This document shows, piece by piece, positions 28,387-38,333 of a DNA stretch of 64,000 nt (position 1 is its first letter; each line of letters starts with the position of its first letter). The notes beneath the pieces were generated by a model. It ran no database searches. It was not told where the DNA came from and saw only the letters and a program-made list of their open reading frames with translations. A program made the position numbers and the translations under genes. Origin of the DNA: an uncultured Gemmatimonadaceae bacterium (GTDB lineage Bacteria; Gemmatimonadota; Gemmatimonadetes; Gemmatimonadales; Gemmatimonadaceae). The stretch is from positions 800,001 to 864,000 of the forward strand of contig CAWFQK010000004.1 of NCBI GenBank assembly GCA_963817955.1, read 5' to 3'.

Positions 28387-29607
28387 CTACGGATCGATAT
28401 CCGCCGTCCGGCTTCGATACGGTTTGAAATCGACCCCGGCATCGATCCCAATGAATTCAACCCGCATGTGATCGCCGTCCACGTGCACCACCAGGTAGTG
28501 GTACGGGTTCTCCCATGGCTCCATCGCGGGGCGCACCAGGTGTTCGATGGCAACTGATTCTGCGGCGCCGCTCCGGATGTAGGCCCGGAGATCCGGCTCG
28601 CCGCGATAGCCGTAGGGGGGCGCGCCGCCGCCACCGCTCACGATCTGGTCCAGCCGGTACGCCTGTCCCTTCGCATCCTTGTACCGCTCGACCCAGTGAT
28701 CGAAGAAATGCTCGTGTCCGGCGAGCACCAGATTGACGTGAAACCGGCGGAACAGCGGCATGTAGCGCGCGCGCATGATGGCTGCCTGCGGCTCGACGAC
28801 TGCGGCACCGTGGTCACCAGAGGAGAACGCTGGATGGTGCGCCACGACGACGACATGGCGGTACCGCGACCGGTCGAGGCCCGCGAGTTGCCCGCTCACC
28901 CACTCGTACTGCGTCGAGTCGCCGGGAACGTTGGTGTCCATCACCAGCACGAACGTATTGCCGTAACCCACCGCATAGGTGGGATATCCCGTGAGCCGTC
29001 GCGGCGAGCCCTCGGGCGGTATCAGGTTCTGATACGCCGCGAAATAATGCCCAATCCCTTGACGGCGGCCCGGCGAGGTGAGGTCGTTGGTGTGTGCCAC
29101 ATCGTGGTTGCCCGCCGCCGCGAAGACCGGAATGTTTCCCTGCGTCGTCAGCCGCTCAACGACGTCGACAAAACTCACATTCCATTGCTGTGCGCTCCGG
29201 CCATCGACGACCGCGTCGCCACTCGAGAGGACAAAGCGGATCGGATCGGGCCCGTTCGCACGCGCCGCGATGGTCTTCAGCATCGAGTTGACCACCATCA
29301 GATGCTCGTGCTGCAGCATGGTGCCGTCGAATCGGCCCCGCGTGTCCCCGTAGGCAATGAATGAGAAGCGCGTCGTTCCCGCGCTGGATGCCTCCGACGG
29401 AAATGGCGTCTTTGGCGCCGCGATCGCTCGGACGCTGTCGACCACTGTCGCATGGGCGGCCAACGGCGCGCGGCGGCTGAGCTGGACGCGCGGCCCCTGA
29501 GCCCCCGCGGCAATTGCGCCACCAACGATCATGAACAGCGAGAGCCTGGCAGCTATGGCTCGTTGCGCGGGCGACAAACCGGTGATGAGCACGGTATGGA
29601 GGGGCAA
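28387..29607 (-). CDS. Exported metallophosphoesterase (calcineurin-like/purple acid phosphatase fold)
   Basis: YGDTR, SGD, GNHD, HHP, AGHEH; start uncertain. Confidence 0.88.
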   Translation of the reverse strand: MPLHTVLITGLSPAQRAIAARLSLFMIVGGAIAAGAQGPRVQLSRRAPLAAHATVVDSVRAIAAPKTPFPSEASSAGTTRFSFIAYGDTRGRFDGTMLQHEHLMVVNSMLKTIAARANGPDPIRFVLSSGDAVVDGRSAQQWNVSFVDVVERLTTQGNIPVFAAAGNHDVAHTNDLTSPGRRQGIGHYFAAYQNLIPPEGSPRRLTGYPTYAVGYGNTFVLVMDTNVPGDSTQYEWVSGQLAGLDRSRYRHVVVVAHHPAFSSGDHGAAVVEPQAAIMRARYMPLFRRFHVNLVLAGHEHFFDHWVERYKDAKGQAYRLDQIVSGGGGAPPYGYRGEPDLRAYIRSGAAESVAIEHLVRPAMEPWENPYHYLVVHVDGDHMRVEFIGIDAGVDFKPYRSRTADIDP

Positions 29608-29845
29608 AGGATAGGCGGGGTCAAACGTGGCAGACCCTCATAAAGTAGCCCCACGTCGGCAATGGTTGCCACTTCTGGACGGTGCGTTCCGCGATGAACA
29701 ACCCGGTGGCGCCGAGGTGGCGCTTTCCGCGCATCACATCGATCTTCAACGCCGCAACATCTTCACGTCGCACCTGTCCCCGTGCGACTCCCGAATGGCC
29801 GCATACTGAGGTACGAATGTCGGTAGAACGCGAGATCGAGCCCAC

Positions 29846-31075
29846 ATGACCCGCCGCGTATTGCTCCTCGGACTCGGCGCGCAGGGCAGAGCTGCCCTGC
29901 ACGACCTGGTGACCGCTGACCAGACGACGCACGTCGTCGTGGCCGACGGCGATCCCGGCGTCACGGCGTACGTCGAACGCTATTCACAGGCGCGCGTGCG
30001 CGCCGAGCAGCTCGACGCGGGCGACGAAGCGCGTGTCGCAATGCTCATGCGCGAAGCTGACGTCGTCGTGGAGGCACTCCCCGGGCCGTTCGCGCTCCGG
30101 ATGGGGCGGCTCGCGGCGCAGTGCGGCGTGGGTCTCGTGAGCAGCATGTACTATCGCGATCCGCAGGAGCAGGACGCACGGGTGATCGACGCCACCGAAC
30201 GCGAGATCGCCGACACCGATCGCATGGCCAGGGACAAGGGGGTCGTCATACTCACCGAGTTCGGACTCGACCCCGGACTCGACCTCATCCTTGGTGCCAC
30301 GGCGCTACGCGAGCTGGACGACGTGCACGAATTCCACGCCTACGGCGCCGGCATTCCCGCGCCGAACGCGCGGAACAATCCGCTCATGTACAAATTCTCA
30401 TGGTCGCCGGCAGGCGTGATGCGGTCCTATCGGCGGCCGGCGCGGATCATTGCCGGGGGCAACGCGGTGGAGATCGACCCGACGACGTTGTTCGAGCCCG
30501 ATCGCTACCACATGCTCCACGTGGAGGCCATCGGGGCGCCGCTCGAGTGCTACCCCAACGGCGACGCCGTGCACTACGCCGAGTTGTTCGGCCTGCGCGG
30601 CTCCGTGTGCGAGATGGCGCGCTACACCGGGCGGCTTCCGGGCCATTGCGCGTTCTGGAACGTGATGGTGAAGAGCGGGTTCCTCGACCGAGCCCCGGTT
30701 GCCGTGGGTGACGTCCAGGTCTCACCAGCGGCGTTCACGACGTCGCTGCTCACGTCGCAGCCACAGTTCCAGTACGCCGATGGCGAACAGGACATGACGT
30801 TCATTCGCGTCGACGTGCGCGGCACGCGCTCGGGCAGAGGCGTGCGAATCGTCTACGATCTGGTGGACGTCCGGGACCTCGCCACCGGATTCACCTCGAT
30901 GCAGCGGACCGTGGGATTCACGCTCGCGCTCGGCGCCCGGCTCCTGCTCGACGGAGCGTTGCGCGCACCTGGGCTACACACACCGCTCGACGTCGCGTAC
31001 GAGGATGTCTTCCCGGCACTAGAGCGGCACGGGATTCACGTCGTGCGGCAGGAGTCCGAGTGGAGCGCTCGCTGA
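29846..31075 (+). CDS. Saccharopine dehydrogenase-like oxidoreductase
   Basis: GLGAQG, EFGLDPGLD, NNPLMYKFSWSP, TSMQRTVG. Confidence 0.88.
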   Translation: MTRRVLLLGLGAQGRAALHDLVTADQTTHVVVADGDPGVTAYVERYSQARVRAEQLDAGDEARVAMLMREADVVVEALPGPFALRMGRLAAQCGVGLVSSMYYRDPQEQDARVIDATEREIADTDRMARDKGVVILTEFGLDPGLDLILGATALRELDDVHEFHAYGAGIPAPNARNNPLMYKFSWSPAGVMRSYRRPARIIAGGNAVEIDPTTLFEPDRYHMLHVEAIGAPLECYPNGDAVHYAELFGLRGSVCEMARYTGRLPGHCAFWNVMVKSGFLDRAPVAVGDVQVSPAAFTTSLLTSQPQFQYADGEQDMTFIRVDVRGTRSGRGVRIVYDLVDVRDLATGFTSMQRTVGFTLALGARLLLDGALRAPGLHTPLDVAYEDVFPALERHGIHVVRQESEWSAR

Positions 31076-31100
31076 TGGGACGCTGAAGGGGCGCTGGTGA

Positions 31101-33371
31101 CTACCAGGCCCCCGCCGACGCCTTCAGGATGACGCTCGCGCCCGGAGCCGATGCAAATTCTTTGAAACGGCTCAGATAATCCTTGTACGACGTGTTGAGC
31201 GCGTTCCGCACATCCAGATCGAGCCGCAGCGGCCGGCCATGCACCGACCGCTGGGCAGACAGGTCGAAGTTGAGCAGCGTATACCCGTTCGTCGGAAAGT
31301 CATTCGGGCTGAGCCGCGTCTGCGTCTGATTGATCTCGACATCGCTGCCCAACGAGATGTTCTGCCATGCGCCGAACTGTCCCATGCCCACTGCGGCACC
31401 GAGAATCGTACGTGGCGGCGGGATGAGCGGCAGCGGCGTCCCCGCGCGGCGATCGTCGCCATTCACAAAGTCGTGGCTGCCACGAAGCGTGAGACGATCC
31501 GTCACTCGCACCTGAATCGACGCCTCGGCGCCGGTGAGCCGCGCGTCCGTTTGCAGATGGCGGAACACGCGCAAGCCACTCTGCATATCGGCCGTTGGCG
31601 TGGTGAAGATGAAGTTGTCCACCGTGTTCTGGTACACGTCAACGTCCGCGTGCACGCGATCACTTTCCCAGCGGATCCCGCCATCGAGGTTCTTCGACCG
31701 CTCCGTCGTCAGCGTGGGATCACCGATCTCGAAGCGCGCCTCGGCGAGATTCGGCCCATTGGCATAGAGATCGAACAGTGTAGGCGCGCGCCAGCCGGTT
31801 CCATAGTTCGCGACCACCGCAAGCCCGGCGATTGGGTGGTACACCACCCCGCCGTCCGCGCTCGTCGCAGACCACGAGCGACTGTCGGCGGGGCGGCTGA
31901 TCTCCGCTTGAGCATCTGACGACAGGTGACGCGTATCGCCGCGCACACCGCCGACGAACGTGACCGGTCCAGCCGCGAGTTGCTCGAACGCGAACGCCGC
32001 CGCCGAGTTGATCGTCGCGCTCGGGACGAGGAAGATCGGCCCTGACGAGCTGCTGGCCTGGGCCGTGCCCGACACGCCGATCGTGCCTGTCAGCACGTCA
32101 CCAACCGCATGGTGCGCGAGCACGTCGAGCGTCCCGGTGTTCAAGACAAGACCGAACGCCTGCTGGTCCTTGACCTTGGTGCACGTGGTCTGACCAGGAG
32201 CGGGAACACAATCGTCGGAAACCTCTGCGAGCGAATGCCGCTGAAATTGGGCCTTGGTCTCCAGGCGCAGGCCGCCGAAGAGATGATTGTTGGTTGCTTG
32301 GAGCCGGTCATCCATCACCTGGCGCACGGGGCCGCCGTTCGGGTCGCCGACCTCCGGACCTGTGGGCTCGAGCAGATGGAACTCGCCGCCGTAATGCGCA
32401 CCGCGGAACACGGTATTGTCGTGATCGCCGCGAATGCCGAACGCCCCTTCCCCGTTGAACGCCCAGAAGCTCGAGTTTGGAACGGCGCCGTCGGGAGTCT
32501 GATAGTTCTGAGCAAAGCGGCCAGTTCCCATGGCGCGCCACCCGTAGTTGGCCTGCGAGCCTTCCGCCATCGCGGCTCCGCCAAGCTCGGCGTTACTGCT
32601 CGCGCCATATGCCTCGACGGCCTCGCGCCGCGCTTTCGCTCCATCAGCGCTGAATGGAACGTCGGCCGGAACGACGTTCACGACACCGGACAACGCGTCG
32701 GATCCATACAGCACACTTGCCGGACCACGGATCACCTCGATGCGCTGAGCAATCCGCGCGTCGATCGAGGGACCGTCTTCGTCGCTCCACGAATAGTCTT
32801 CGAGCCGACTGCCGTCCGCGAGCACGAGAATGCGTGGACCAAAGAGTCCGCGGATCATCGGCTTTCCGATTTGCTGTCCCGTACTCACGTTGCGAACGCC
32901 GGGGAGATTGGCAACCGAATGTGCGAGCGAGACTCCACCTTCGCGATCAACCTGATCCCCCGTCAGCACGCTCGTGGACAGTGGCGACGAGATCGCCAGG
33001 GTCGGCGCGCGTGTGGCCGTGACGTTCACCGGTTCAATCCGCTGGACGCCGATTTCGAGCGTGAGGGCGACGACGGTTGGAGCGCCGGCCGTCACCGTGA
33101 TCGTCATTGCCTTTGCCACGAACCCCAGGCGGCGCACGGAAATGGTGTATCGCCCGGCCGGCGTGGCGCCGAGCTGGAACGCGCCGGAGCTGTCGCTGGT
33201 CGTCGCACGATTCAACTCCACCAGACTGACGGTCGCGCTGGCAACCGGCTCACCACTGGAGGCGGAGATCCGTCCCTTCACCGTCCCGTCGCCCGACTGA
33301 GCGAATGCCGAAGTGCCGACGAAGGAGAAGAGCGCGAGGGCAACCGCGATTGCGCGGGGTGAGGCGGACAT
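31101..33371 (-). CDS. TonB-dependent receptor with N-terminal carboxypeptidase-regulatory-like domain
   Basis: Signal peptide, plug (RIEVIRGPASVLYGSDALSGVVN), beta-barrel, terminal W. Confidence 0.92.
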   Translation of the reverse strand: MSASPRAIAVALALFSFVGTSAFAQSGDGTVKGRISASSGEPVASATVSLVELNRATTSDSSGAFQLGATPAGRYTISVRRLGFVAKAMTITVTAGAPTVVALTLEIGVQRIEPVNVTATRAPTLAISSPLSTSVLTGDQVDREGGVSLAHSVANLPGVRNVSTGQQIGKPMIRGLFGPRILVLADGSRLEDYSWSDEDGPSIDARIAQRIEVIRGPASVLYGSDALSGVVNVVPADVPFSADGAKARREAVEAYGASSNAELGGAAMAEGSQANYGWRAMGTGRFAQNYQTPDGAVPNSSFWAFNGEGAFGIRGDHDNTVFRGAHYGGEFHLLEPTGPEVGDPNGGPVRQVMDDRLQATNNHLFGGLRLETKAQFQRHSLAEVSDDCVPAPGQTTCTKVKDQQAFGLVLNTGTLDVLAHHAVGDVLTGTIGVSGTAQASSSSGPIFLVPSATINSAAAFAFEQLAAGPVTFVGGVRGDTRHLSSDAQAEISRPADSRSWSATSADGGVVYHPIAGLAVVANYGTGWRAPTLFDLYANGPNLAEARFEIGDPTLTTERSKNLDGGIRWESDRVHADVDVYQNTVDNFIFTTPTADMQSGLRVFRHLQTDARLTGAEASIQVRVTDRLTLRGSHDFVNGDDRRAGTPLPLIPPPRTILGAAVGMGQFGAWQNISLGSDVEINQTQTRLSPNDFPTNGYTLLNFDLSAQRSVHGRPLRLDLDVRNALNTSYKDYLSRFKEFASAPGASVILKASAGAW

Positions 33372-33559
33372 CCACAAGCTCCGAGGCGGGTTCGTAGAGT
33401 AAAACGGGTTCGTAGAGAAACGAATGGCGGAGCGATACCGTTGGGTCCCGTTGCAGCCAGTCGGAGGGTTCCAAACGAACTCAGGTGGTAGCCCGGTGTG
33501 CTTCGTGCACCCTCACATGGAATCCGTCGCTAGAAACGATCATTCCTGCCGGACATGCG

Positions 33560-34573
33560 ATGTCGAACGTACTCGGCCTCCACCACGTAACCGCGATCGC
33601 CAGCGATCCACAGCGCAACCTCGACTTCTATGCCGGGCTGCTTGGACTGCGCTTGGTGAAGCGGACCGTCAACTTCGACGACCCACAGACGTATCACTTC
33701 TATTTTGGGGACGAGGTCGGGACGCCCGGGAGCATCATGACCTTCTTCCCGTGGCCGGCCGCGCGGCGCGGACGCCAAGGCAGCGGGCAGTTGGCTGTCA
33801 CGTCGTTTGCCGTGCTCCCGAGCGCGATCGACTTCTGGGTCGAACGGCTGCGGCGGTACAATGTCTCCTTCGAGGCCCCGACGCATCGCGGGTCTGGTGC
33901 GGACGCGGAGCAGGTCCTCGCGTTCAAGGACCATGACGGATTGCTGCTCGAGATCGTCGCGCATGCGGGAACCGAGGCACGCCCGGCTTGGGGCGGCGCG
34001 CCAGGGATCACAGAGGATCACGCCATTCACGGCTTTCATGGCGTCACCCTGTGGGTGGACCAAACAGAGCCCACAGAGCGAGTGCTCGTCGACACGCTCG
34101 GCTTCCACGCCGTCAGTGAGCACGGCACGACCAGACGTTATGCGATCGGCGACGCTGGGCCGGGCGCGCTCGTAGACATCCGCGAAATCGGAGACTTTGG
34201 ACGCGGCTCCAGCGGCGCCGGCACCGTGCACCACGTGGCGTTCGCCGTGGAAGACGACGAGGCGCAATTGGCGATGCGCGAGCGCGTGTTGCAGACGCAC
34301 CTGCAGCCCACACCGGTGATCGACCGAAACTACTTCCACTCGGTGTACTTCCGGGAGCCCGATGGCATTCTCTTCGAGCTGGCGACGATCCCGCCGGGTT
34401 TCGCCATCGACGAGCCAGTGGAGGCGCTCGGCGAACGGCTCATGTTGCCGCCTCGATACGAGCCGCATCGCGAGGCAATCGAGTCAGTGCTTCCGTGCGT
34501 CCACCTGCCCGTCTCGCAGGCCGACTTCAGCTTCATCTCCGAGACCACCGGCCCCGAGGACATCCGCCGATGA
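33560..34573 (+). CDS. Ring-cleaving dioxygenase (VOC/MhqO-like)
   Basis: GLHHVTAI, KRTVNFDDP..YHFYFGD, GTVHHVAF, DRNYFHSVYFREP. Confidence 0.92.
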   Translation: MSNVLGLHHVTAIASDPQRNLDFYAGLLGLRLVKRTVNFDDPQTYHFYFGDEVGTPGSIMTFFPWPAARRGRQGSGQLAVTSFAVLPSAIDFWVERLRRYNVSFEAPTHRGSGADAEQVLAFKDHDGLLLEIVAHAGTEARPAWGGAPGITEDHAIHGFHGVTLWVDQTEPTERVLVDTLGFHAVSEHGTTRRYAIGDAGPGALVDIREIGDFGRGSSGAGTVHHVAFAVEDDEAQLAMRERVLQTHLQPTPVIDRNYFHSVYFREPDGILFELATIPPGFAIDEPVEALGERLMLPPRYEPHREAIESVLPCVHLPVSQADFSFISETTGPEDIRR

Positions 34574-34699
34574 GATCTCCGGCGCTGACCCAACGCCGCC
34601 GTACGGCGATTCGGCTGATGATGCTCCGCGCACGCCATTAGAGATCGACGACAGTACGCCTGCGGCGTCCAGCGGAGTTGCCCGCCTCCCATTCCGCGC

Positions 34700-34749
34700 T
34701 TGACAGGCAAGAAGATAGAGACGATACTCCCCGGAGTTACTCCGTGGAG
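34700..34749 (+). promoter_or_regulatory. sigma70 promoter and palindromic operator of padR
   Basis: TTGACA (34700)-N17-GATACT (34723); near-perfect palindrome CTCCCCGGAGTTACTCCGTGGAG at 34727-34749. Confidence 0.7.
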
Positions 34750-34754
34750 CCACC

Positions 34755-35099
34755 ATGCCGTCCGACGTTTCCCTGCTGCCCGGCACACTCGACGCGCTCG
34801 TGCTCAAGACCCTCACCTGGGGGCCGCGACATGGCTACGCCATTGCGCGATGGATCAAGGATTCGAGCGACGATGCGCTCGCCGTCGAGGACCGGGCCCT
34901 GTACCTCGCCCTGCACCGCCTCGAAGACAAAGGCTGGGTGGAGAGCGAGTGGGGACAGTCCGAGAACAACCGGCGTGCGAAATTCTATCGTCTGACCACC
35001 GCCGGCCGCCGTCAGCTCAAGACCGAAGTCGAGCGACTCACCACGTATTCTGAAACGCTCATTCGCCTCCTCGGTATGCCGAGAGGAGCGATCTCGTGA
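34755..35099 (+). CDS. PadR-family transcriptional regulator (acidobacterial type)
   Basis: GTLDALVLKTL..HGYAIA, LYLALHRLE, SENNRRAKFY. Confidence 0.93.
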   Translation: MPSDVSLLPGTLDALVLKTLTWGPRHGYAIARWIKDSSDDALAVEDRALYLALHRLEDKGWVESEWGQSENNRRAKFYRLTTAGRRQLKTEVERLTTYSETLIRLLGMPRGAIS

Positions 35100-37852
35100 G
35101 CGCCGCCTGGACGGGACTGCGGCGCCTGCTCCATATCGCCACTCGTCGGGGCGTGGAGCGCGACGTCGACGCTGAGATCCAGTTTCACCTCGAGAGCCGG
35201 TCGAACGACTTGGTCGCCTGCGGACACGATCCCGACACGGCACGCGCGCTGGCCGAGCGCGAGTTCGGTAACATCGCCGACTCGCGTCGCCAACTGATCG
35301 ACGTCGCGCAGCACCGGCACGACCGCGCCGAGCGCGCCAGCCGCTGGGAGGCGCTACGGCACGACGTGGCGTTCAGCCTGCGGGCACTCCGTCGCTCACC
35401 GGGAATCGCCTGCACGGTCATCGTGCTGCTCGCGCTCGGCATCGGCGCAAACGCGGCAACGTTCGCCGTAGCCGATGAGTTGTTCCTCCGGCCGCCGGCC
35501 GGCGTGTCCGAGCCCGCGAGTCTCGTTCGCTTGTATGTCCGCACCAATCACACGATCGGGAGAGTCACCACCATCCAGCCGGAGCTCGAGTTTGCAGCGT
35601 ACACCGAGATCGCCGCGGCCCTCAACGGTCGCGCTACGCTCGCGGCGTACACGCCGCCAGATTCGGCGTTCGTCCGCATTGGCGAAGCGACGCAGACGCT
35701 CCGCGTCGTCTACGCCACGTCCAACTACTTCCCCGTGCTCGGCGCCGGAGTGTCGTACGGCCGCGCGTTCAGGGAGGCGGAGAACCAAATGGGTGCGGGG
35801 ACCCCGGTAGCCGTGATCAGCCACGGGATGTGGCAGCGTGTCTTCGGGGGCGACTCGGCGGTTCTTGGCAAACAGTTCGAGGTCGCACTGGCCCGGTACA
35901 CGATCATCGGCGTGGCCGCTCCCGCGTTCAACGGGCCCGATCTGGACCGCACGGACGTTTGGCTGCCGATCGCGATGAGACCGGGTCCAACGATCGGCGG
36001 GACGCCGTGGTATCGTGAATGGCGATCCGGTTCGTTCGTGCGCGCGATCGCTCGCCCGCGTCCGGGCGTGGCGCCGGGGAGCGTCGTCGCCGTGGCTACC
36101 GCTGCGTGGCACCGCGGCGAACGGGAAAACGTGACGTTCTCCCCCGACACGATGGGAACGGTACTCGCCGGCCCCGTGCTCGAGACCCTTGGGCCTTCGG
36201 TAACGCCTGCGGTCGAGCGCGCAATCACGTCGCGTCTCTTCGGCGTCACGTTCATCGTCCTGCTGATCGCCTGCGCGAACGTGGCGAATCTTCTCCTGCT
36301 GCGTGGCGTGCGGCGGCGGCGGGAGGTAGCGGTTCGGCTCTCCCTCGGCAGCCCGCGCGCGCGACTGGTGCGTCAACTCCTCATCGAGAGCACGCTGCTC
36401 GCACTTGCCGCCTCGATCGTCGCGATCGCCGTCGCCGCGTGGGGTGGCACCCTGCTCCGCGCCATGATACTGCCGTCGGTTCATTGGGCTACCAGCGCGA
36501 TCACCTGGCGCGTCGTTCTCGCGTCCGTGAGTACCGCGCTAGTCACGGGCGTGATCGCGGGCATCGCTCCCGCATGGCGCGCCAGCCGCACCGATCTGAG
36601 CGCGTCGCTCAAGAGCGGCTCGCGCGAGGGCGGTGCACACCGTTCGCTGCTGCGGACCGGTCTCGTCGTGAGCCAAGCGGCGTTGTCCGTCGTGCTCCTC
36701 GCGGGCGCGGGATTGTTCGTGCACAGCCTCCGCGCCGTGCATGCCATCGACGTGGGCTACGATATCAATCGCGTTGCCTACGGCACCGTGCGGTTCCGCG
36801 ACCCGGAAGAACGCTACCTCGAAATCTTCAGCAGCGAGCACGCCGCCGAGCTTGCGAGCGGGTTGGCGATGGTGGCCACGCGTCTCCGCGTTGATCCGGA
36901 TGTCGCGTCCACCACGCTCGCCAGCGCTCCGCCGATGAACGGGTTCGGCATGACGAGCATGTTTCGCTCGGATGGGTCCCGGCCGCCCGAGCTGAATGGC
37001 CGGGATCCGGCGCTCATCGCCGTCGAGCCGTCGTATGCGGCGGCAACTGGTGTGAAGCTCGTGCGCGGCCGATTCTTCAGCGAATCCGATCGAACAGGCG
37101 CCGCGCCCGTCGTGGTCGTGAACGAGACGACTGCGCGCACGTACTGGCCGGCCGGTGACGCGCTCGGGCAGTGCCTCCGGTTGGCGGAAGTCACTCGCGC
37201 TTGCGCGACTGTCATCGGCATCACCCACGACGCGCATCTCGAGACAATCGTCGAGGACGCGAGGGTGGAAGTCTTCGCGCCAATGGCACAGTCCAGCGGA
37301 TACCTGGCGCGGCCGTCGTTCATCGTGGTGCGCGCCGCGCCCGGCGGCACCGAGCGCGCGATCGGCGCCCTGCGGCGCGAGCTCGCGCGCGAGTTCCCAT
37401 CCGCCGAGCCACCCTACGTCATGTCGATGTCTCGCGCAGTCGAGCCGGAACTCCGCCCGTGGCGTCTCGGCGTCACGCTCTTTTCGCTCTTTGGCGCGCT
37501 CGCGCTCATCGTCGCTTCTGTTGGGGCGTACAGCGTGGTGGCGTACGCCGTGGACCAGCGCGTGCACGAAATGGGCATTCGCATCGCCCTCGGCGCGCGC
37601 CGGCACCAGCTCGTTCGGCTGGTGCTGGCGCAGGGCATGATGCCGCTCATCGTGGGGATCGCCATTGGCATTGGGCTGACGATAGCGCTCGGGCCGCTGG
37701 TCGCCTCGATGCTCTACGACACAGGGTCGACGAACCCATTGGTGCTCGCCGCGGCCGCTGGGGCGCTGTTCGTGACGGGGCTTCTTGGCAGCTTCGTGCC
37801 GGCGCGTCGGGCAACGCGCGTCGATCCGGCGGTCTCGCTGCGCGCGGACTGA
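35096..37852 (+). CDS. ADOP-type duplicated MacB/FtsX ABC permease
   Basis: EIQFHLE..A.REFG prefix, LALGIGAN, LLIACANVANLLL, EMGIRIALGA, VDPAVSLRAD. Confidence 0.92.
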   Translation: MSAAWTGLRRLLHIATRRGVERDVDAEIQFHLESRSNDLVACGHDPDTARALAEREFGNIADSRRQLIDVAQHRHDRAERASRWEALRHDVAFSLRALRRSPGIACTVIVLLALGIGANAATFAVADELFLRPPAGVSEPASLVRLYVRTNHTIGRVTTIQPELEFAAYTEIAAALNGRATLAAYTPPDSAFVRIGEATQTLRVVYATSNYFPVLGAGVSYGRAFREAENQMGAGTPVAVISHGMWQRVFGGDSAVLGKQFEVALARYTIIGVAAPAFNGPDLDRTDVWLPIAMRPGPTIGGTPWYREWRSGSFVRAIARPRPGVAPGSVVAVATAAWHRGERENVTFSPDTMGTVLAGPVLETLGPSVTPAVERAITSRLFGVTFIVLLIACANVANLLLLRGVRRRREVAVRLSLGSPRARLVRQLLIESTLLALAASIVAIAVAAWGGTLLRAMILPSVHWATSAITWRVVLASVSTALVTGVIAGIAPAWRASRTDLSASLKSGSREGGAHRSLLRTGLVVSQAALSVVLLAGAGLFVHSLRAVHAIDVGYDINRVAYGTVRFRDPEERYLEIFSSEHAAELASGLAMVATRLRVDPDVASTTLASAPPMNGFGMTSMFRSDGSRPPELNGRDPALIAVEPSYAAATGVKLVRGRFFSESDRTGAAPVVVVNETTARTYWPAGDALGQCLRLAEVTRACATVIGITHDAHLETIVEDARVEVFAPMAQSSGYLARPSFIVVRAAPGGTERAIGALRRELAREFPSAEPPYVMSMSRAVEPELRPWRLGVTLFSLFGALALIVASVGAYSVVAYAVDQRVHEMGIRIALGARRHQLVRLVLAQGMMPLIVGIAIGIGLTIALGPLVASMLYDTGSTNPLVLAAAAGALFVTGLLGSFVPARRATRVDPAVSLRAD

Positions 37853-37909
37853 GCCGCCGCGTTGATACGAGGTAGAACTTCCTATCCCCCGGCGGCTCGT
37901 GATCCGCTC

Positions 37910-37942
37910 TTGACACTACGTGTACTAGTGTGCATAGTACAC
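37910..37942 (+). promoter_or_regulatory. Promoter and YtrA-type operator
   Basis: TTGACA (37910)-N17-CATAGT; palindrome GTGTACTA-N7-TAGTACAC at 37920-37942, ending 1 nt before the ATG. Confidence 0.85.
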
Positions 37943-37943
37943 C

Positions 37944-38333
37944 ATGCTTCCGTTCGCGATCACCCTCAAGCCCGGCGAGTCGCCGTACCGCCAGATCGTG
38001 TACGCGGCGACGAAGGCCGTCGTCTCGGGCGAGCTCAAGGCGGGGGACTCCTTCCCGTCCGTGCGTGAGCTGAGTCAGGCGCTCAAGATCAATCCGAACA
38101 CGGCTCAGAAGGTGGTCGCCGAGCTGGTGCGCGACGGGATCATCGAGGTGCGGCCGGGGATCGGAACGACCGTCACTACCCGTCGCCGCGCGTCGGCGGG
38201 CGAGCGGAAGCAGCTCCTCTCCAACGAAGTCGAACAGCTCATCGTCGAGGCGAAGCGGCTCGGGCTCTCCAAGTCGGACGTCGACAACGCCATCGCCGCG
38301 CGGTGGGCGCAGCTCTTCGGGGACCATTCATGA
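37944..38333 (+). CDS. GntR-family regulator, YtrA subfamily
   Basis: PYRQI, GD.FPSVREL..LKINPNT; short C-terminus; followed by ABC genes. Confidence 0.92.
   Translation: MLPFAITLKPGESPYRQIVYAATKAVVSGELKAGDSFPSVRELSQALKINPNTAQKVVAELVRDGIIEVRPGIGTTVTTRRRASAGERKQLLSNEVEQLIVEAKRLGLSKSDVDNAIAARWAQLFGDHS

Noticed and set aside
29621..29810. Short ORFs or an HTH-like remnant (GLFIAERTVQKW) between divergent genes
   Set aside because: Similarity too short and no RBS; cannot be supported.
33421..33480. SAH-riboswitch-like words (GCTGCAACGGG...CAACGG..CGCTC) upstream of the TonB receptor
   Set aside because: The conserved GAGGAGCG and CAGGCTC elements and the pairing are missing.
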